Source: a bacterium
GTDB taxonomy: Bacteria > Patescibacteriota > UBA1384 > CAILIB01 > JAUSJZ01
Direction of reading: 5' to 3'
DNA: 64,000 nt
Assembly (NCBI GenBank): GCA_030647115.1
Contig: JAUSJZ010000010.1
Span: 4,540-68,539 of the forward strand
The first letter of the stretch is position 1; each line of letters opens with the position of its first letter. Shown here one piece after another: positions 29,436 through 41,367 of the stretch. The notes beneath the pieces were generated by a model. That model was not told where the DNA came from. It did no database searches and was given only the letters and a program-made list of their open reading frames with translations. Both the position numbers and the translations under genes were made by a program.

Positions 29436-31194
29436 AGAAACCAGAGAAATTGTCATTCCGTCGGTATTAACGGTTAAAGAACTGTCCGATTTAACCGATA
29501 TCTCGGTTAACAATATCATCACTGTTTTATTTCGATTTGGCATTATGGCGACTATCAACCAGGATATTGATTTTGATACCGCTCAAATTGTCGCTGACGA
29601 ATTCAACATCAATCTGGTAACCGCTCAAGAAGAGGCACCAACGGTAGCAGTTGAGAATGAGGCTAACAAAACCGAACGACCACCGGTGGTAACAATTATG
29701 GGCCACGTTGATCACGGTAAGACCACCCTGTTAGATGCTATCCGTAATACTTCGGTAGCCGAAAAAGAAGCCGGTGGAATAACCCAGGCCATCAGCTCTT
29801 ATCAGGTTAACGTTAATTATGAGAATAAAGAGCGAATCATCACCTTTGTTGACACTCCCGGCCACTCCGCTTTTGAGGCCATGCGCCAGCACGGTGCCAG
29901 TATTACCGACCTGGTAGTTTTAGTTGTAGCCGCTAACGATGGCGTAAAACCGCAGACGATAGAGACTATCAAACACGCCCGGCGTTACAACGTACCCATT
30001 CTGGTAGCTATCAATAAAATCGATCTGCCGGAAGCTGACGTCGAACGGACAAAGAGGGAACTGGCCGATCAGGAGCTAATTGGTGAAGCCTGGGGTGGAC
30101 AAACGGTAATGGTTGAGGTTTCAGCCAAGAAGAGAGAGGGTTTAGACAGTCTCTTAGATAGTATTTTGTTGGTAACCGACCTCATGGAACTCAAGGCCAA
30201 TGAGGAGTTGCCGGCATCGGGAGTAGTCATTGAATCAGAACTCGTCTCCGGGTTGGGGCCAATTGCGGTCGTACTGATACAGAACGGCAGCCTTAAACTA
30301 GGTGATATCGTGGCTATCGGTTCCAGTTACGGCAAGGTGCGCCTGATAGAAGACTATCGCGGTAAGAAAATAAGGTTAGCCCGTCCTTCCCAACCGGTTA
30401 GAATTGCCGGTCTATCAACCGTTCCCTCTTTCGGAGAACGTCTGGTAGAGGTTGATAACGAACATGAGGCCCGAGCCATTGCCCGACAGAACAACGCCTC
30501 GAATAACCGCGATAAAATTAGAAAACTAGCTGAAGCTCTCGGCAAAAACTCCCGTTTAGTCGGTAATCAGCGTGAATTATTGCTCGTAGTCAAGGCTGAC
30601 ACCCAGGGCTCACTAAATGCTATTACCGAATTAGTCCAGTCAGTATCCAATGATGACGTCGTCGTCAGAGTGTTAAAGAGCGGCGTTGGCCTGGTTAGTG
30701 AACAAGATATCGAAGCCGCCGCTACCTCAAAAGCGACCATTATTGTCTTTAATCAGAAGAATCCAACTATCATTACCAAATTGGCTGACCAAAAGAAGGT
30801 TCAGATACACACCTACAAGGTTATCTACGAGCTAGAGCAGCTGATTAACGAAGTAGTACGTGATCTGATGCCGGAGCTTCTGGTGGAGCGAGAAGTGGCT
30901 AAACTGCAGATTTTAAAGAGATTCAGAGACAATCGTAAAAAAATGGTTGTAGGTGGCTCGGTTGAAGATGGTGATCTGGAGAAAGGTCAGAAGATAGTCA
31001 TCAGAAAGGGGGCTGAAACCGTCGCAGCTGGTACTATAACCGAGCTGAGGGTTGGTAAAGAGATTGTAACCAAGGTCAGGGCAGGTAAAGAGTGCGGGGT
31101 TGAGTTTACTGTTCAAGAAGGAGATGAGACGGCCATTGCCGCCAATATGACTTTATTGGCCATCATCGTCGAAAAGGTCAAAAAGACGGTTTAG
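29428..31194 (+). CDS. infB: translation initiation factor IF-2 (short form)
   Basis: [23 protein letters not shown]; ATG 29428. Confidence 0.98.
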   Translation: MDKETREIVIPSVLTVKELSDLTDISVNNIITVLFRFGIMATINQDIDFDTAQIVADEFNINLVTAQEEAPTVAVENEANKTERPPVVTIMGHVDHGKTTLLDAIRNTSVAEKEAGGITQAISSYQVNVNYENKERIITFVDTPGHSAFEAMRQHGASITDLVVLVVAANDGVKPQTIETIKHARRYNVPILVAINKIDLPEADVERTKRELADQELIGEAWGGQTVMVEVSAKKREGLDSLLDSILLVTDLMELKANEELPASGVVIESELVSGLGPIAVVLIQNGSLKLGDIVAIGSSYGKVRLIEDYRGKKIRLARPSQPVRIAGLSTVPSFGERLVEVDNEHEARAIARQNNASNNRDKIRKLAEALGKNSRLVGNQRELLLVVKADTQGSLNAITELVQSVSNDDVVVRVLKSGVGLVSEQDIEAAATSKATIIVFNQKNPTIITKLADQKKVQIHTYKVIYELEQLINEVVRDLMPELLVEREVAKLQILKRFRDNRKKMVVGGSVEDGDLEKGQKIVIRKGAETVAAGTITELRVGKEIVTKVRAGKECGVEFTVQEGDETAIAANMTLLAIIVEKVKKTV

Positions 31195-31217
31195 GGGCCA
31201 CTCTGTGGACAAACTGC

Positions 31218-31246
31218 TTGACTTATATTCAAGGCTCTGGTACAGT
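31218..31246 (+). promoter_or_regulatory. putative sigma70 promoter
   Basis: TTGACT-17 nt-TACAGT with a TG extension, 10 nt before the ATG. Confidence 0.6.
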
Positions 31247-31256
31247 GTTTTAGTCA

Positions 31257-32312
31257 ATGAATGACACCAATACAGAGGAACCTCCGATACGCCGCTCCCT
31301 CTTACAGAAACTTGGTCGTCTTAATCGCTTGGGCAAGCGGTTATTGCCAGCAAAATATTTTGCAATAAATGGTTCTATTTTAGGTAAACCGATATTCTGG
31401 GCACCAACATTACTGGTTGCAGCGGCTGTTTTTGGTAATTTATCTGAAAGCAAAACCCACGCTCAGACTATTTCCGATCTGATTGGGTTAGACCCCAAGA
31501 CCAAGCTGACAACCATGTCAGCTATCGATCAGTACACTCCTTTCGTTGAGGAGACTCGCGATGCCGATGTAGTGGTCACAGCTGGAATCATGCCGTCAGA
31601 CCTGGTTTTGACCAAACCCGGTTTAGCTCGCACCAATGTCAGACCGACAGAACAACCCAAACAACCGGAAAAGAGGGAGAAACCGGTTTATCACACTGTT
31701 GCTGCCGGTGAAACGCTATCAGAGATAGCCTCGAGCTATGGGGTTAGAGTAGCTTCCATTATGGTTGATAACGCTACCTTGACCAATAACGATCACCTTA
31801 AAATTGGTGATCAAATTAAAATACCCGCTGCTGACTATTCAGACGACTATTTAAAGAAAAATACGAAAACAGTGGTTGCCCAGGCTAATACCGGTCGTAA
31901 GGTAAGCGTGCGCGAAACCTCGGCTGCCAGATATGAAGATTCTGGTATGCCCGTTTTCGCTCGACCAGCCGGCTCAAGAGGAAAGAACGGTTATCACAAC
32001 TGGGCCATAGATATATCACCTGACGGTGGTAGAACTGTTATGGCCTCGGCTGATGGGGTCGTCGTTGAGGTAGCCGACGGCTGGGACGGCGGTTATGGTA
32101 AGAAGATCGTGGTTGATCACGGTAGTGGCTGGGAGACGCTGTATGCCCATCTAGACAGCATTTCAGTTAAAGCAGGGCAGAAAGTAGCTCAAGGACAGTC
32201 GATGGGCGTTATGGGGGCAACTGGCCGTACTTATCCTATCGGAGCGGTCCACCTTCACTTTGAGATTAGAAAAAATGGTTCTCGGTTGAATCCGATTAAC
32301 TACGTCGACTAA
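31257..32312 (+). CDS. LysM-domain M23 family metallopeptidase
   Basis: HTVAAGETLSEIA (LysM); GGYGKKIVVDH, YAHL, HLHFEI (M23). Confidence 0.93.
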   Translation: MNDTNTEEPPIRRSLLQKLGRLNRLGKRLLPAKYFAINGSILGKPIFWAPTLLVAAAVFGNLSESKTHAQTISDLIGLDPKTKLTTMSAIDQYTPFVEETRDADVVVTAGIMPSDLVLTKPGLARTNVRPTEQPKQPEKREKPVYHTVAAGETLSEIASSYGVRVASIMVDNATLTNNDHLKIGDQIKIPAADYSDDYLKKNTKTVVAQANTGRKVSVRETSAARYEDSGMPVFARPAGSRGKNGYHNWAIDISPDGGRTVMASADGVVVEVADGWDGGYGKKIVVDHGSGWETLYAHLDSISVKAGQKVAQGQSMGVMGATGRTYPIGAVHLHFEIRKNGSRLNPINYVD

Positions 32313-33283
32313 TGAATTTTGTCGATCAGGTTGAGTTAACTTTGATATCAGGTAAAGGAGGAGCTGGCCTAATCCACTTTCAAAGAGAGAAGTATCGACC
32401 TAATGGTGGCCCCGATGGAGGCGATGGCGGTCGGGGAGGTTCAATTATTATCAAGACCGACACCAATAAGCAAACTCTGGCTCACTTAACGGCCCTACAT
32501 CGTATTAAAGCCGCTAATGGGGCTAACGGCCAGACCGATCTAAAGAGCGGCAAAAGCGCGACTGACATTAACATTTTGGTCCCTTTAGGCACCGAAATCA
32601 TCCAAAACGGGGAAACGGTTAAAGATTTATCAAAACTGGAAGAATTTACGATTGTTAAAGGTGGCCGAGGTGGTAAAGGGAATTGGCACTTCAAATCAGC
32701 TACCAATCAGGCGCCGCGTAAAGCGGAACCGGGCGAAGAGGGGCAAAAAGCGATCTTCACCTTCAAATTAAAGTTAATTGCCGATATCGGGCTGGTTGGT
32801 CAGCCGAATGCCGGTAAGTCGTCGCTGTTGAACGCCCTTACTCGAGCCAGTAGCAGAGTAGCGGCCTACCCTTTTACGACGCTTGAGCCGCATCTGGGAG
32901 TGGTCAAACGAGACGAATGGGAGCGAGTAATAGCCGATATACCGGGTATTATTGAAGGCGCGGCGAACGGTAAGGGCCTCGGGCATGACTTTTTAGCTCA
33001 TATTGAACGCACATCTCTGTTGTTAATCTGCATCGCCGCCGATTCTGAATCACCCCAGCAAGATTATAAGGTGATCGAACGTGAATTAGGCGACTATTCC
33101 CCCCAACTATTAACTAAGCCGCAATTACTGCTTGTCACCAAGGCCGACCTACTGTCTCAAGCCAAATTAAAGTCTTTAAGTAAACAGTTTAAGACCTCTT
33201 TTCAAAAAGAACCTCTGACTACCTCTAGTGTAACGAATGAAGGTCTGAAAGAGTTGATTAATCAATTGCAAAAGCTTGTTTGA
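32312..33283 (+). CDS. obg: GTPase Obg
   Basis: GGPDGGDGGRGG, GQPNAGKS, YPFTT, DIPG. Confidence 0.98.
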   Translation: MNFVDQVELTLISGKGGAGLIHFQREKYRPNGGPDGGDGGRGGSIIIKTDTNKQTLAHLTALHRIKAANGANGQTDLKSGKSATDINILVPLGTEIIQNGETVKDLSKLEEFTIVKGGRGGKGNWHFKSATNQAPRKAEPGEEGQKAIFTFKLKLIADIGLVGQPNAGKSSLLNALTRASSRVAAYPFTTLEPHLGVVKRDEWERVIADIPGIIEGAANGKGLGHDFLAHIERTSLLLICIAADSESPQQDYKVIERELGDYSPQLLTKPQLLLVTKADLLSQAKLKSLSKQFKTSFQKEPLTTSSVTNEGLKELINQLQKLV

Positions 33284-33318
33284 CATTAGTTGCACAATGC
33301 ATTATTATTAGGTAGAAT
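33280..33318 (+). promoter_or_regulatory. tandem sigma70 promoters of rpoB
   Basis: TTGACA-17-TATTAT (33280-33308) and TTGCAC-17-TAGAAT (33290-33318). Confidence 0.6.
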
Positions 33319-33403
33319 TGATAAGGGTGTTAGATTTAAAAGTTAGAAGCCGGCTGTAATACAGCTCAGTTTTTAAGGGCTGTCTTTTGGTTTTTATATA
33401 TAT

Positions 33404-36400
33404 ATGACTACACAAAAACGTCGGATCATCGGCAAATCCAGTGAATCGTCACTCGAATTGCCGAACCTCATCAAAGTACAGACCGATTCGTATGACTGGT
33501 TCTTAACCGAAGGAATTAGAGAACTGTTAGATGAAATCTCACCCATTGAAGATATCACCGGTCGCAATTTAGTACTAACGTTCGAAGATTTTACCTTCGA
33601 CAAACCGAAGGCGACGTCCGAAGAAGCGCGCGATAAAAACTTAACTTTCAAATCGGCCTTAAAGGTTCGAGCAGTACTCACTAATAAGGTAAGTGGAGAA
33701 GTCATTGAAAACGATGTCTATCTGGGTGAATTTCCCATGATGACTCGCTACGGTACTTTCATTATCAACGGTATTGAGCGAGTTGTGGTTAACCAGATAG
33801 TCCGTTCATACGGTGTTTTGTTCGCTAAAGAAGTTACCCAAGGTAGAGACCTCTTTGGAGCCAAATTAATACCGGCTCGAGGGGCTTGGTTAGAATTTGA
33901 AACCAACCACCGCGATGTTATATCAGTTAAGGTAGATCGTAAACGACGCATACCAGTCACCACTTTCTTAAGAAGTCTGGGTTACGGTAAGACCGAACAG
34001 ATCGAAAAGCTCTTTGCCGGAGTCGATACTCACCCAGATCACCGCTACATTGCCACCACCCTCGAAAAAGACCCCGCTTTAAATGACGAAGACGGCTGTG
34101 TCGAGGTTTACAAAAGAATTAGACCCGGAGATTTAGCCACTCCCGAAAATGCCCGCACTTTCATTAACGACATGTTCTTCCAATTGAAGCGTTATGACTT
34201 GGGCAAAGTCGGTCGCTACAAACTAAACAAACGACTCAACCAGAATGTGGAGATAGACCAGAAGAGTCGCATCTTAGGTAAAGAAGATATCGTCAGCATC
34301 ATTAAAGAGATTATTGCCCTCAACAATACTCCCGGCGCACTATCAGACGACATCGACAACCTCGGTAACCGTCGCATCAGAAGCGTCGGCGAACTGGTAC
34401 AAGGTAGAGTCAGAGTAGGTCTGATGCGCATGGAGCGTATCGCGCGTGATCGCATGTCGGTCTCCGACCTAGACACGGTGACACCGGCCCAGCTTATCAA
34501 TGCCCGACCGGTTGTCGCTGCTTTACAAGAGTTCTTTGCCTCCAGTCAGCTATCCCAATTTATGAACCAGACCAACCCACTAGCCGAGCTGGAACACAAA
34601 CGTTGTGTCACCGCTACTGGTGCCGGTGGTCTATCACGCGAACGAGCCGGTTTTGATGTCCGCGACGTTCATGCCAGTCACTACGGTCGTCTCTGCCCGG
34701 TTGAATCACCCGAAGGCCCGAACGTCGGTTTGGTACAGTATTTGGCATCTTACGCCCGCATCAACGATTATGGCTTTGTGGAAACTCCTTACCGTATCGT
34801 TTCCAAGAAAAACGGTCGTCCTTTTGCTACCGATAAAATTGTTTACCTCGATGCCAGTGATGAAGAACAGCTGGTTATCGCACCAGCATCGGTTCTGATA
34901 GACGAGAAGGGTCAGTTCACCGAAGAACGAACGGCGGTGCGTAAATTTGGTCACCCAGTTATTGAAAAGACAGCCAATATCACTCACGTCGACGTCTCAC
35001 CGGTACAGACTTTCAGTATCTCTACTAACCTCATACCTGGTTTGGGTAATGATGAAGCCGCCCGCGCCATGATGGGTTCCAATATGCAGCGACAGGCCGT
35101 TCCTTGTGTCAAGCCCGATTCACCGGTAGTGGGTACCGGCATGGAAGAAGAGGCTGCCCGTGACTCCGGTGCCATCGTCACCGCTGAAGAAGCCGGTGAA
35201 GTAGTAGATGTCAGCTCCGATCGTATCGTGGTCAAAGGTAAATCAAAGCTAGAATATAACCTGGTCAAATTCATCCGTAGTAACCAGGGCACACTCATTA
35301 ATCAACGCCCAACGGTTAGTGTCGGCGAGAAAGTAGTCAAGAGACAGGTCATCGCCGACTCATCGGCTACCGATAAAGGTGAATTGGCGCTAGGACAGAA
35401 CGTCTTGGTTGCCTATATGTCTTGGGGCGGTTACAACTATGAAGATGCTATTATCGTATCTAACCGCCTGGCTAAACTCGACAAATACACCTCTATTCAT
35501 ATCGAAGAGTATGCCATTGAGATTCGTGATACTAAGTTAGGTCCTGAAGTGTTGACCCGAGACATTCCCAATGTCTCGGAAGATGCCCTCGCCAACCTCG
35601 ATGATGAAGGTGTTATTAGAGTAGGAGCCGAGGTGCATTCAGGAGATATTCTCGTCGGTAAAATTACTCCTAAAGGTGAGACTGAACTAACCGCTGAAGA
35701 GAAACTGCTACGGGCCATCTTCGGTGAAAAAGCGAAAGAGGTACGAGACTCTTCACTACGACTCCCGCACGGTCAGCACGGTAAGGTTATTGGCATCAAA
35801 CGTTTCTCTAAAGACGCTGGAGACGAGCTCTCGGCCGGTGTCTATGAATTAATTGAAGTTACAGTAGCCCAGATGAGAAAAGTCTCGGCCGGTGACAAAC
35901 TAGCTGGTCGCCACGGTAATAAGGGTGTTATCAGCATTATCGTACCGCAAGAAGATATGCCTTTCCTGCCAGATGGCACCTCAATCGATGTTATTTTGAA
36001 CCCCCTGGGTGTCATCTCCCGTATGAACCTCGGTCAGATTATCGAAACCACCATCGGTTGGGCCGCCAGTAAGAACGGCGAGAAAATCGCCATCCCGGTT
36101 TTCAATGCCCTCACCGAACCCCAATTACGAGGTGAACTCGAAGCAGCTAATTTGCCTGGTTCCGGTAAAACTGTCCTCTATGACGGCAAAACCGGTGAAC
36201 GTTACGACCAGGAAGTGTTGGTTGGTACCAACTACATTATGAAGTTGATCCACTTAGTCGACGACAAGATGCACGCCCGTAGCGTCGGCCCTTACTCCAT
36301 GATTACGCAACAGCCTTTAGGTGGTAAGGCCCAGTTTGGTGGACAACGCTTCGGAGAGATGGAGGTCTGGGCGCTTGAAGCCTACGGAGCCGCTCACACC

Positions 36401-36727
36401 CTGCAAGAGATGCTGACCATCAAATCAGATGACACCTATGGCCGCTCTAAAGCCTATGAATCAATTATCAAGGGTGAAGAGATTCAAAAACCAAGCGTAC
36501 CGGAGTCGTTTAACGTCTTAGTGCGTGAATTACGCGGTCTGGCCTTGAACGTCGATTTGGTCGGCCGAGCCGAAGAAGCGCTGGCGGCCGAAAAGATGCG
36601 ACAGTTACAGCAAGACGACATTGATAAGAAAGAAATTGTCTTGCCAGATACCGATCTGACCGAGATTGGCACCCTACAAGATGAAATTGTGGTAGAAGAA
36701 CCAGTAGCAGAAGATAAAAATGAGTAA
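33404..36727 (+). CDS. rpoB: RNA polymerase subunit beta
   Basis: SSQLSQFM, GSNMQRQA, GDKLAGRHGNKG, GGQRFGEME. Confidence 0.99.
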   Translation: MTTQKRRIIGKSSESSLELPNLIKVQTDSYDWFLTEGIRELLDEISPIEDITGRNLVLTFEDFTFDKPKATSEEARDKNLTFKSALKVRAVLTNKVSGEVIENDVYLGEFPMMTRYGTFIINGIERVVVNQIVRSYGVLFAKEVTQGRDLFGAKLIPARGAWLEFETNHRDVISVKVDRKRRIPVTTFLRSLGYGKTEQIEKLFAGVDTHPDHRYIATTLEKDPALNDEDGCVEVYKRIRPGDLATPENARTFINDMFFQLKRYDLGKVGRYKLNKRLNQNVEIDQKSRILGKEDIVSIIKEIIALNNTPGALSDDIDNLGNRRIRSVGELVQGRVRVGLMRMERIARDRMSVSDLDTVTPAQLINARPVVAALQEFFASSQLSQFMNQTNPLAELEHKRCVTATGAGGLSRERAGFDVRDVHASHYGRLCPVESPEGPNVGLVQYLASYARINDYGFVETPYRIVSKKNGRPFATDKIVYLDASDEEQLVIAPASVLIDEKGQFTEERTAVRKFGHPVIEKTANITHVDVSPVQTFSISTNLIPGLGNDEAARAMMGSNMQRQAVPCVKPDSPVVGTGMEEEAARDSGAIVTAEEAGEVVDVSSDRIVVKGKSKLEYNLVKFIRSNQGTLINQRPTVSVGEKVVKRQVIADSSATDKGELALGQNVLVAYMSWGGYNYEDAIIVSNRLAKLDKYTSIHIEEYAIEIRDTKLGPEVLTRDIPNVSEDALANLDDEGVIRVGAEVHSGDILVGKITPKGETELTAEEKLLRAIFGEKAKEVRDSSLRLPHGQHGKVIGIKRFSKDAGDELSAGVYELIEVTVAQMRKVSAGDKLAGRHGNKGVISIIVPQEDMPFLPDGTSIDVILNPLGVISRMNLGQIIETTIGWAASKNGEKIAIPVFNALTEPQLRGELEAANLPGSGKTVLYDGKTGERYDQEVLVGTNYIMKLIHLVDDKMHARSVGPYSMITQQPLGGKAQFGGQRFGEMEVWALEAYGAAHTLQEMLTIKSDDTYGRSKAYESIIKGEEIQKPSVPESFNVLVRELRGLALNVDLVGRAEEALAAEKMRQLQQDDIDKKEIVLPDTDLTEIGTLQDEIVVEEPVAEDKNE

Positions 36728-39700
36728 TATGCAACCAAAGGAAAACAGTGGCGCCGTTGACTTTACGGCGGTCAAGCTCGGGGTAGCCAGCGCTGAAGAA
36801 ATATTACGCTGGTCCTATGGCGAGGTTCTCAAACCAGAGACAATCAATTATCGTACTCAAAAACCAGAACGAGACGGGCTATTTTGTGAACGCATTTTCG
36901 GCCCGATTAAAGACTATGAATGTACCTGTGGTAAATACCGCAAGATTCGTTACCGCGGCGTTATCTGTGACAAATGTGGAGTTGAGGTCACTAAATCATC
37001 GGTACGACGCGAACGCATGGGCCACATCGATCTGGCCGCTCCGGTAGCCCATGTCTGGTATATCCAGGGTGTGCCGAGTACGCTCGGGACCATATTAGAC
37101 GTATCGGTCAGCGATTTAGAGAAAGTGGTTTATTTTGCCGCTTTCATTATCAAATCAGTCAACGAGGGTATCCGTCGTCAGGCAGTTGAAAATCTGGACC
37201 GCGAATTTCAGGAGTATAAAGATCAGGTTCTAGGCAAGACTAAAAAAGGTGATGCTTCAGATGATGTGATGGTCAAATTGAATGAGATTGAGGGGCAGTA
37301 TCGTCTAGAGAAAAGTCTGTTAGATAGTTTGGCTCCGGTCAAAATTATTTCTGAACAACGCTACCACGAATTGTCCCTTAAATACGGCCAAATTATTGAC
37401 GTCGGCATTGGCTCCGACGCCATTTTGGAACTCTTAAAAGAGGTAGATATCAGCGAACGCATCACTACCCTCGGTACTCTGGTAGCAGACGCGTCACCCG
37501 TAGCCAAGCGCAAACTAATGAAACGCATCAAACTATTCACTGACCTTAAACGAGCCAAGATTAAACCAGAGTGGATGGTATTGATCAGACTACCAGTCAT
37601 CCCACCAGATTTAAGACCAATGGTTCAGCTCGATGGCGGACGATTCGCCGCGTCGGACCTAAACGATCTTTATCGACGCGTTTTGAACCGTAACAACCGT
37701 CTCAAAAAACTATTGAACCAAGGGGCGCCTGAAGTTATTACCCGCAACGAGAAACGCATGCTACAAGAAGCGGTCGATGCTTTAATTGACAACAACGCCC
37801 GTCGCGGTAAGGTGGCCGCCTCCACCAACGGCAAACGTCGCCTAAAGTCACTATCAGATATGCTGCGCGGCAAACAGGGCCGTTTCCGTCAAAACCTGCT
37901 CGGTAAAAGAGTAGATTACTCCGGTCGTTCGGTTATTGTTATTGGTCCGAGCTTACGTTTGAACGAATGTGGTATTCCGAAAATTATGGCGATTGAACTA
38001 TTCAAACCCATGGTTATTAGCCGGTTAATCAGAGACGGCCACGCCCATAACGTTAAGCAGGCCACCCGCTTAATCGAGCAGGGTGAAGATTTTGTCTGGG
38101 ATATTCTAGAAGAGATAACCAACAAACATCACGTATTGTTAAACCGTGCCCCTACCTTGCACCGTCTCGGTATTCAAGCCTTCAAACCGGTTTTGGTTGA
38201 CGGTAAGGCAATTCAGGTACACCCAAATGTCTGTCAGGCCTTTAACGCCGACTTCGATGGAGATCAGATGGCGGTACACGTACCACTCTCGGAACAGGCG
38301 CAGAAAGAGGCTGCTGAAATTATGTTATCCTCTAAAAACCTGCTCAAACCGGCCTCTGGCGATCCAATTTCTGGTCCGCGGCTAGACATGACCTTGGGTA
38401 TTTATTACCTGACGGGTGAAGATGAAGGAGCCAAAGGCGAAGGCAAGATTTTCTACAGCCCCAAAGAGGCTATTCGGGCCTTTAACGAACACGCAGTCGA
38501 TCTGCGGGCTAAGGTAAAGGTGCAATATCCACGCGAAGATCACCAAGAACTGGTTGAAACCACTATCGGCCGAGTCATCTTTAACGAGAGCATTCCGGTC
38601 GAACTGCGGTTTGTGAATGAAGAGTTAGATAAGAAAAAATTGAACAGTTTCTTTAGTGATTCCTTCAACAAACTAGGTATCGATACGACAGCCTTACTGG
38701 TGGATATTATCAAAGACCTCGGTTTCAAATACGCCGAGTATTCCGGTATCACCTTTGCTATTGCCGACATCGTCCATCCGGACGAACGGGAAGCCATTAT
38801 CGATGCGACCGAGCTGCAGTTGGCCCAGGTAGATTTGCAGTTCAGACGCGGTCTGATAACAGAGAATGAACGTTATCTGAAAACGGTTGAGTTGTGGTTT
38901 GATGCTCAATCACAAATTGAGAAAGCCCTGATTAGTAAACTAAGCGGTAAAAACCCGGTCGTACAGATATTCAAGTCTGGTGCCCGCGGTTCATTGTCAC
39001 AGATGCAACAGATTTCCGGTATGAAAGGTTTGGTAGCCAACCCATCTGGTCGCATTATTGAAATTCCAATCAAGAACAACTTTAAAGACGGTTTATCGGT
39101 CTTTGAATATTTCGTCTCCACTCATGGCGCCCGTAAAGGTCGGGCCGATACCGCTCTGCGTACGTCTGACGCCGGTTATTTAACCAGACGTTTAGTAGAC
39201 GTCGCCCAAGACGTAGTTATCTCCGAGGTAGATTGCGGCACCAAGAATGGTATTAAGCTTCATAAACAAGACTTTGTCGAGTTGGGAGAATCATTCACTA
39301 CGGCTTTAGTCGGCCGTTACCTGGCTGAAAAGACCTCGGGAGTGAAGGTTGGTGAGAAGATTGGTGTCCATAATGCCACCAAGATAGCGGAAGAGAATGA
39401 CTCGGTAACCGTTCGTTCACCATTACGTTGTACGACCCGTTGGGGTATTTGCCAGACCTGTTACGGTGAAGACCTAGCGGTCGGAAATGATGTCCGCATG
39501 GGTGAGGCCGTCGGTATTATCGCTGCTCAAGCTATTGGTGAACCCGGTACCCAGCTAACCATGCGTACCTTTCACACCGGTGGTGTCGCTTCATCTGGTG
39601 GAGATATTACTACTGGTTTACCTCGGGTAGAAGAGTTGTTTGAGGCCCGTTCTCCTAAAGGGGCAGCCACTCTGGCCACTATGTCCGGTACGGTAAATAT

Positions 39701-40457
39701 CGAAACCGTCGCTAACGGTAAGAAAGTCACTATTGCTTCCATGATTGATGCCAGCGATACAGTCCAACTGGAAAAGGGTTTGACCTGGTTTGTTAATGAC
39801 GGCGATAAAGTGAGAACCGATCAACCCTTAGCTAAAAGTGAGAAGGGCCAGGTTCAGAAGGCTCCCTATGCCGGTGTAGTATCCATCAAAGACAAGAAAT
39901 TGACTATTAACGGCCAGAAAGCTTCAGTGCAAGAAGAAGTATTTGACAACACCATCCAAATATTGGTCAAGGAAGGTGAGATGGTAGGGTCCGGTGACCC
40001 ATTGACCGAAGGTAATCTAGATTTGAAACAGACCCTAGATCTGAAAGATAGACAGACCGTCGAGAATTACATCATTAATGAGATTCAGAAGATCTACACC
40101 GCCCAAGGTCAGCCGATCAATAATAAGCACATTGAGATACTGGTTAGAAAGATGCTCTGTAAGGGTCAAATTACCGACCCCGGCACTTCTAAATACATCG
40201 AAGGTGAATTGATAGATATTTTAGAGCAACTCGACGAGATTGAAAAGTACAACATCAAATACACCGAAATCTTACTCGGAATCTCTAGAGTATCCCTTAA
40301 TACCTCGAGTTTCTTATCGGCCGCTTCCTTCCAAGAAACGACCAACGTACTGATGCAAGCGGCTATCAGAGGTCAAACTGATCACTTAAAGGGGTTGAAA
40401 GAGAACGTGATTATTGGTAAGTTAATACCTGCTGGTACTGGTTACAAAAAAAGATAA
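36720..40457 (+). CDS. rpoC: RNA polymerase subunit beta'
   Basis: [10 protein letters not shown]-terminal zinc finger, [13 protein letters not shown]. Confidence 0.99.
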   Translation: MSNMQPKENSGAVDFTAVKLGVASAEEILRWSYGEVLKPETINYRTQKPERDGLFCERIFGPIKDYECTCGKYRKIRYRGVICDKCGVEVTKSSVRRERMGHIDLAAPVAHVWYIQGVPSTLGTILDVSVSDLEKVVYFAAFIIKSVNEGIRRQAVENLDREFQEYKDQVLGKTKKGDASDDVMVKLNEIEGQYRLEKSLLDSLAPVKIISEQRYHELSLKYGQIIDVGIGSDAILELLKEVDISERITTLGTLVADASPVAKRKLMKRIKLFTDLKRAKIKPEWMVLIRLPVIPPDLRPMVQLDGGRFAASDLNDLYRRVLNRNNRLKKLLNQGAPEVITRNEKRMLQEAVDALIDNNARRGKVAASTNGKRRLKSLSDMLRGKQGRFRQNLLGKRVDYSGRSVIVIGPSLRLNECGIPKIMAIELFKPMVISRLIRDGHAHNVKQATRLIEQGEDFVWDILEEITNKHHVLLNRAPTLHRLGIQAFKPVLVDGKAIQVHPNVCQAFNADFDGDQMAVHVPLSEQAQKEAAEIMLSSKNLLKPASGDPISGPRLDMTLGIYYLTGEDEGAKGEGKIFYSPKEAIRAFNEHAVDLRAKVKVQYPREDHQELVETTIGRVIFNESIPVELRFVNEELDKKKLNSFFSDSFNKLGIDTTALLVDIIKDLGFKYAEYSGITFAIADIVHPDEREAIIDATELQLAQVDLQFRRGLITENERYLKTVELWFDAQSQIEKALISKLSGKNPVVQIFKSGARGSLSQMQQISGMKGLVANPSGRIIEIPIKNNFKDGLSVFEYFVSTHGARKGRADTALRTSDAGYLTRRLVDVAQDVVISEVDCGTKNGIKLHKQDFVELGESFTTALVGRYLAEKTSGVKVGEKIGVHNATKIAEENDSVTVRSPLRCTTRWGICQTCYGEDLAVGNDVRMGEAVGIIAAQAIGEPGTQLTMRTFHTGGVASSGGDITTGLPRVEELFEARSPKGAATLATMSGTVNIETVANGKKVTIASMIDASDTVQLEKGLTWFVNDGDKVRTDQPLAKSEKGQVQKAPYAGVVSIKDKKLTINGQKASVQEEVFDNTIQILVKEGEMVGSGDPLTEGNLDLKQTLDLKDRQTVENYIINEIQKIYTAQGQPINNKHIEILVRKMLCKGQITDPGTSKYIEGELIDILEQLDEIEKYNIKYTEILLGISRVSLNTSSFLSAASFQETTNVLMQAAIRGQTDHLKGLKENVIIGKLIPAGTGYKKR

Positions 40458-40870
40458 TGCCTACCATAAATCAACTAATTAGAAGACCCCGTCAGAAACC
40501 GACCGCCAAGGTCAAGGCTCCGGCTTTGAAATACGCTTACAATGCCTTCAAGCGCCGACCGGTCGATAATAAGGCCCCCCAGAAAAGAGGTGTCTGTTTG
40601 AAGGTCTACACCGTAACTCCAAAAAAACCAAACTCCGCTCTGCGTAAGGTTGCCCGTATTAGATTGTCAAATGGCCACGAAGTAACCGCCTACATCGGCG
40701 GTGAAGGTCACACCCTGCAAGAGCACTCGGTCGTTTTGGTACGGGGCGGTCGGGTAAAAGACTTACCCGGCGTGCGTTACCACGTCGTACGGGGCAAATA
40801 CGATACCACCGGTGTCGACGCCCGACGACAAGGCCGCAGTCTGTACGGAGCTAAAAAACCCAAGAAATAA
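40457..40870 (+). CDS. rpsL: 30S ribosomal protein S12
   Basis: [20 protein letters not shown]. Confidence 0.99.
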   Translation: MPTINQLIRRPRQKPTAKVKAPALKYAYNAFKRRPVDNKAPQKRGVCLKVYTVTPKKPNSALRKVARIRLSNGHEVTAYIGGEGHTLQEHSVVLVRGGRVKDLPGVRYHVVRGKYDTTGVDARRQGRSLYGAKKPKK

Positions 40871-40872
40871 CC

Positions 40873-41343
40873 ATGCGCGGCAAGAGAGCCAAAAAAAGAG
40901 TTTTAATACCAGATGCCAAGTACGATTCGGTTAACGTGACCAAACTGGTTAATTACGTCATGCAACGCGGTCAGAAAAAGACAGCGGAGGTTATTGTCTA
41001 TCAGGCTTTAGAAAAAGCCGCTGCCACGACCGAAAAGAAACCGTTAGAGGTGCTCAATAAGGCCCTCGATAATGTCGGCCCGTTGTTAGAGGTACGCAGC
41101 AAGCGCATTGGTGGGGCTAACTATCAGATACCATTTGAGGTCAACCCTGATCGACGCCTCATACTAGCCTTAAGATGGATCGTTACTGCCGCCCGCAGCG
41201 GTAAAGGGGTCAAGATGTCTCAAAGACTGGCTACCGAACTACTTAACGCCTACAAGAACGAAGGTACGGCCGTTAAGAAGCGTGAAGATGCTCACCGTAT
41301 GGCCGAAGCCAACCGAGCCTTTGCTCACTTTGCCCGTCACTAA
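40873..41343 (+). CDS. rpsG: 30S ribosomal protein S7
   Basis: RIGGANYQIP, MAEANRAFAHF. Confidence 0.99.
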   Translation: MRGKRAKKRVLIPDAKYDSVNVTKLVNYVMQRGQKKTAEVIVYQALEKAAATTEKKPLEVLNKALDNVGPLLEVRSKRIGGANYQIPFEVNPDRRLILALRWIVTAARSGKGVKMSQRLATELLNAYKNEGTAVKKREDAHRMAEANRAFAHFARH

Positions 41344-41367
41344 TATTTAATATCATCGATACCAACC

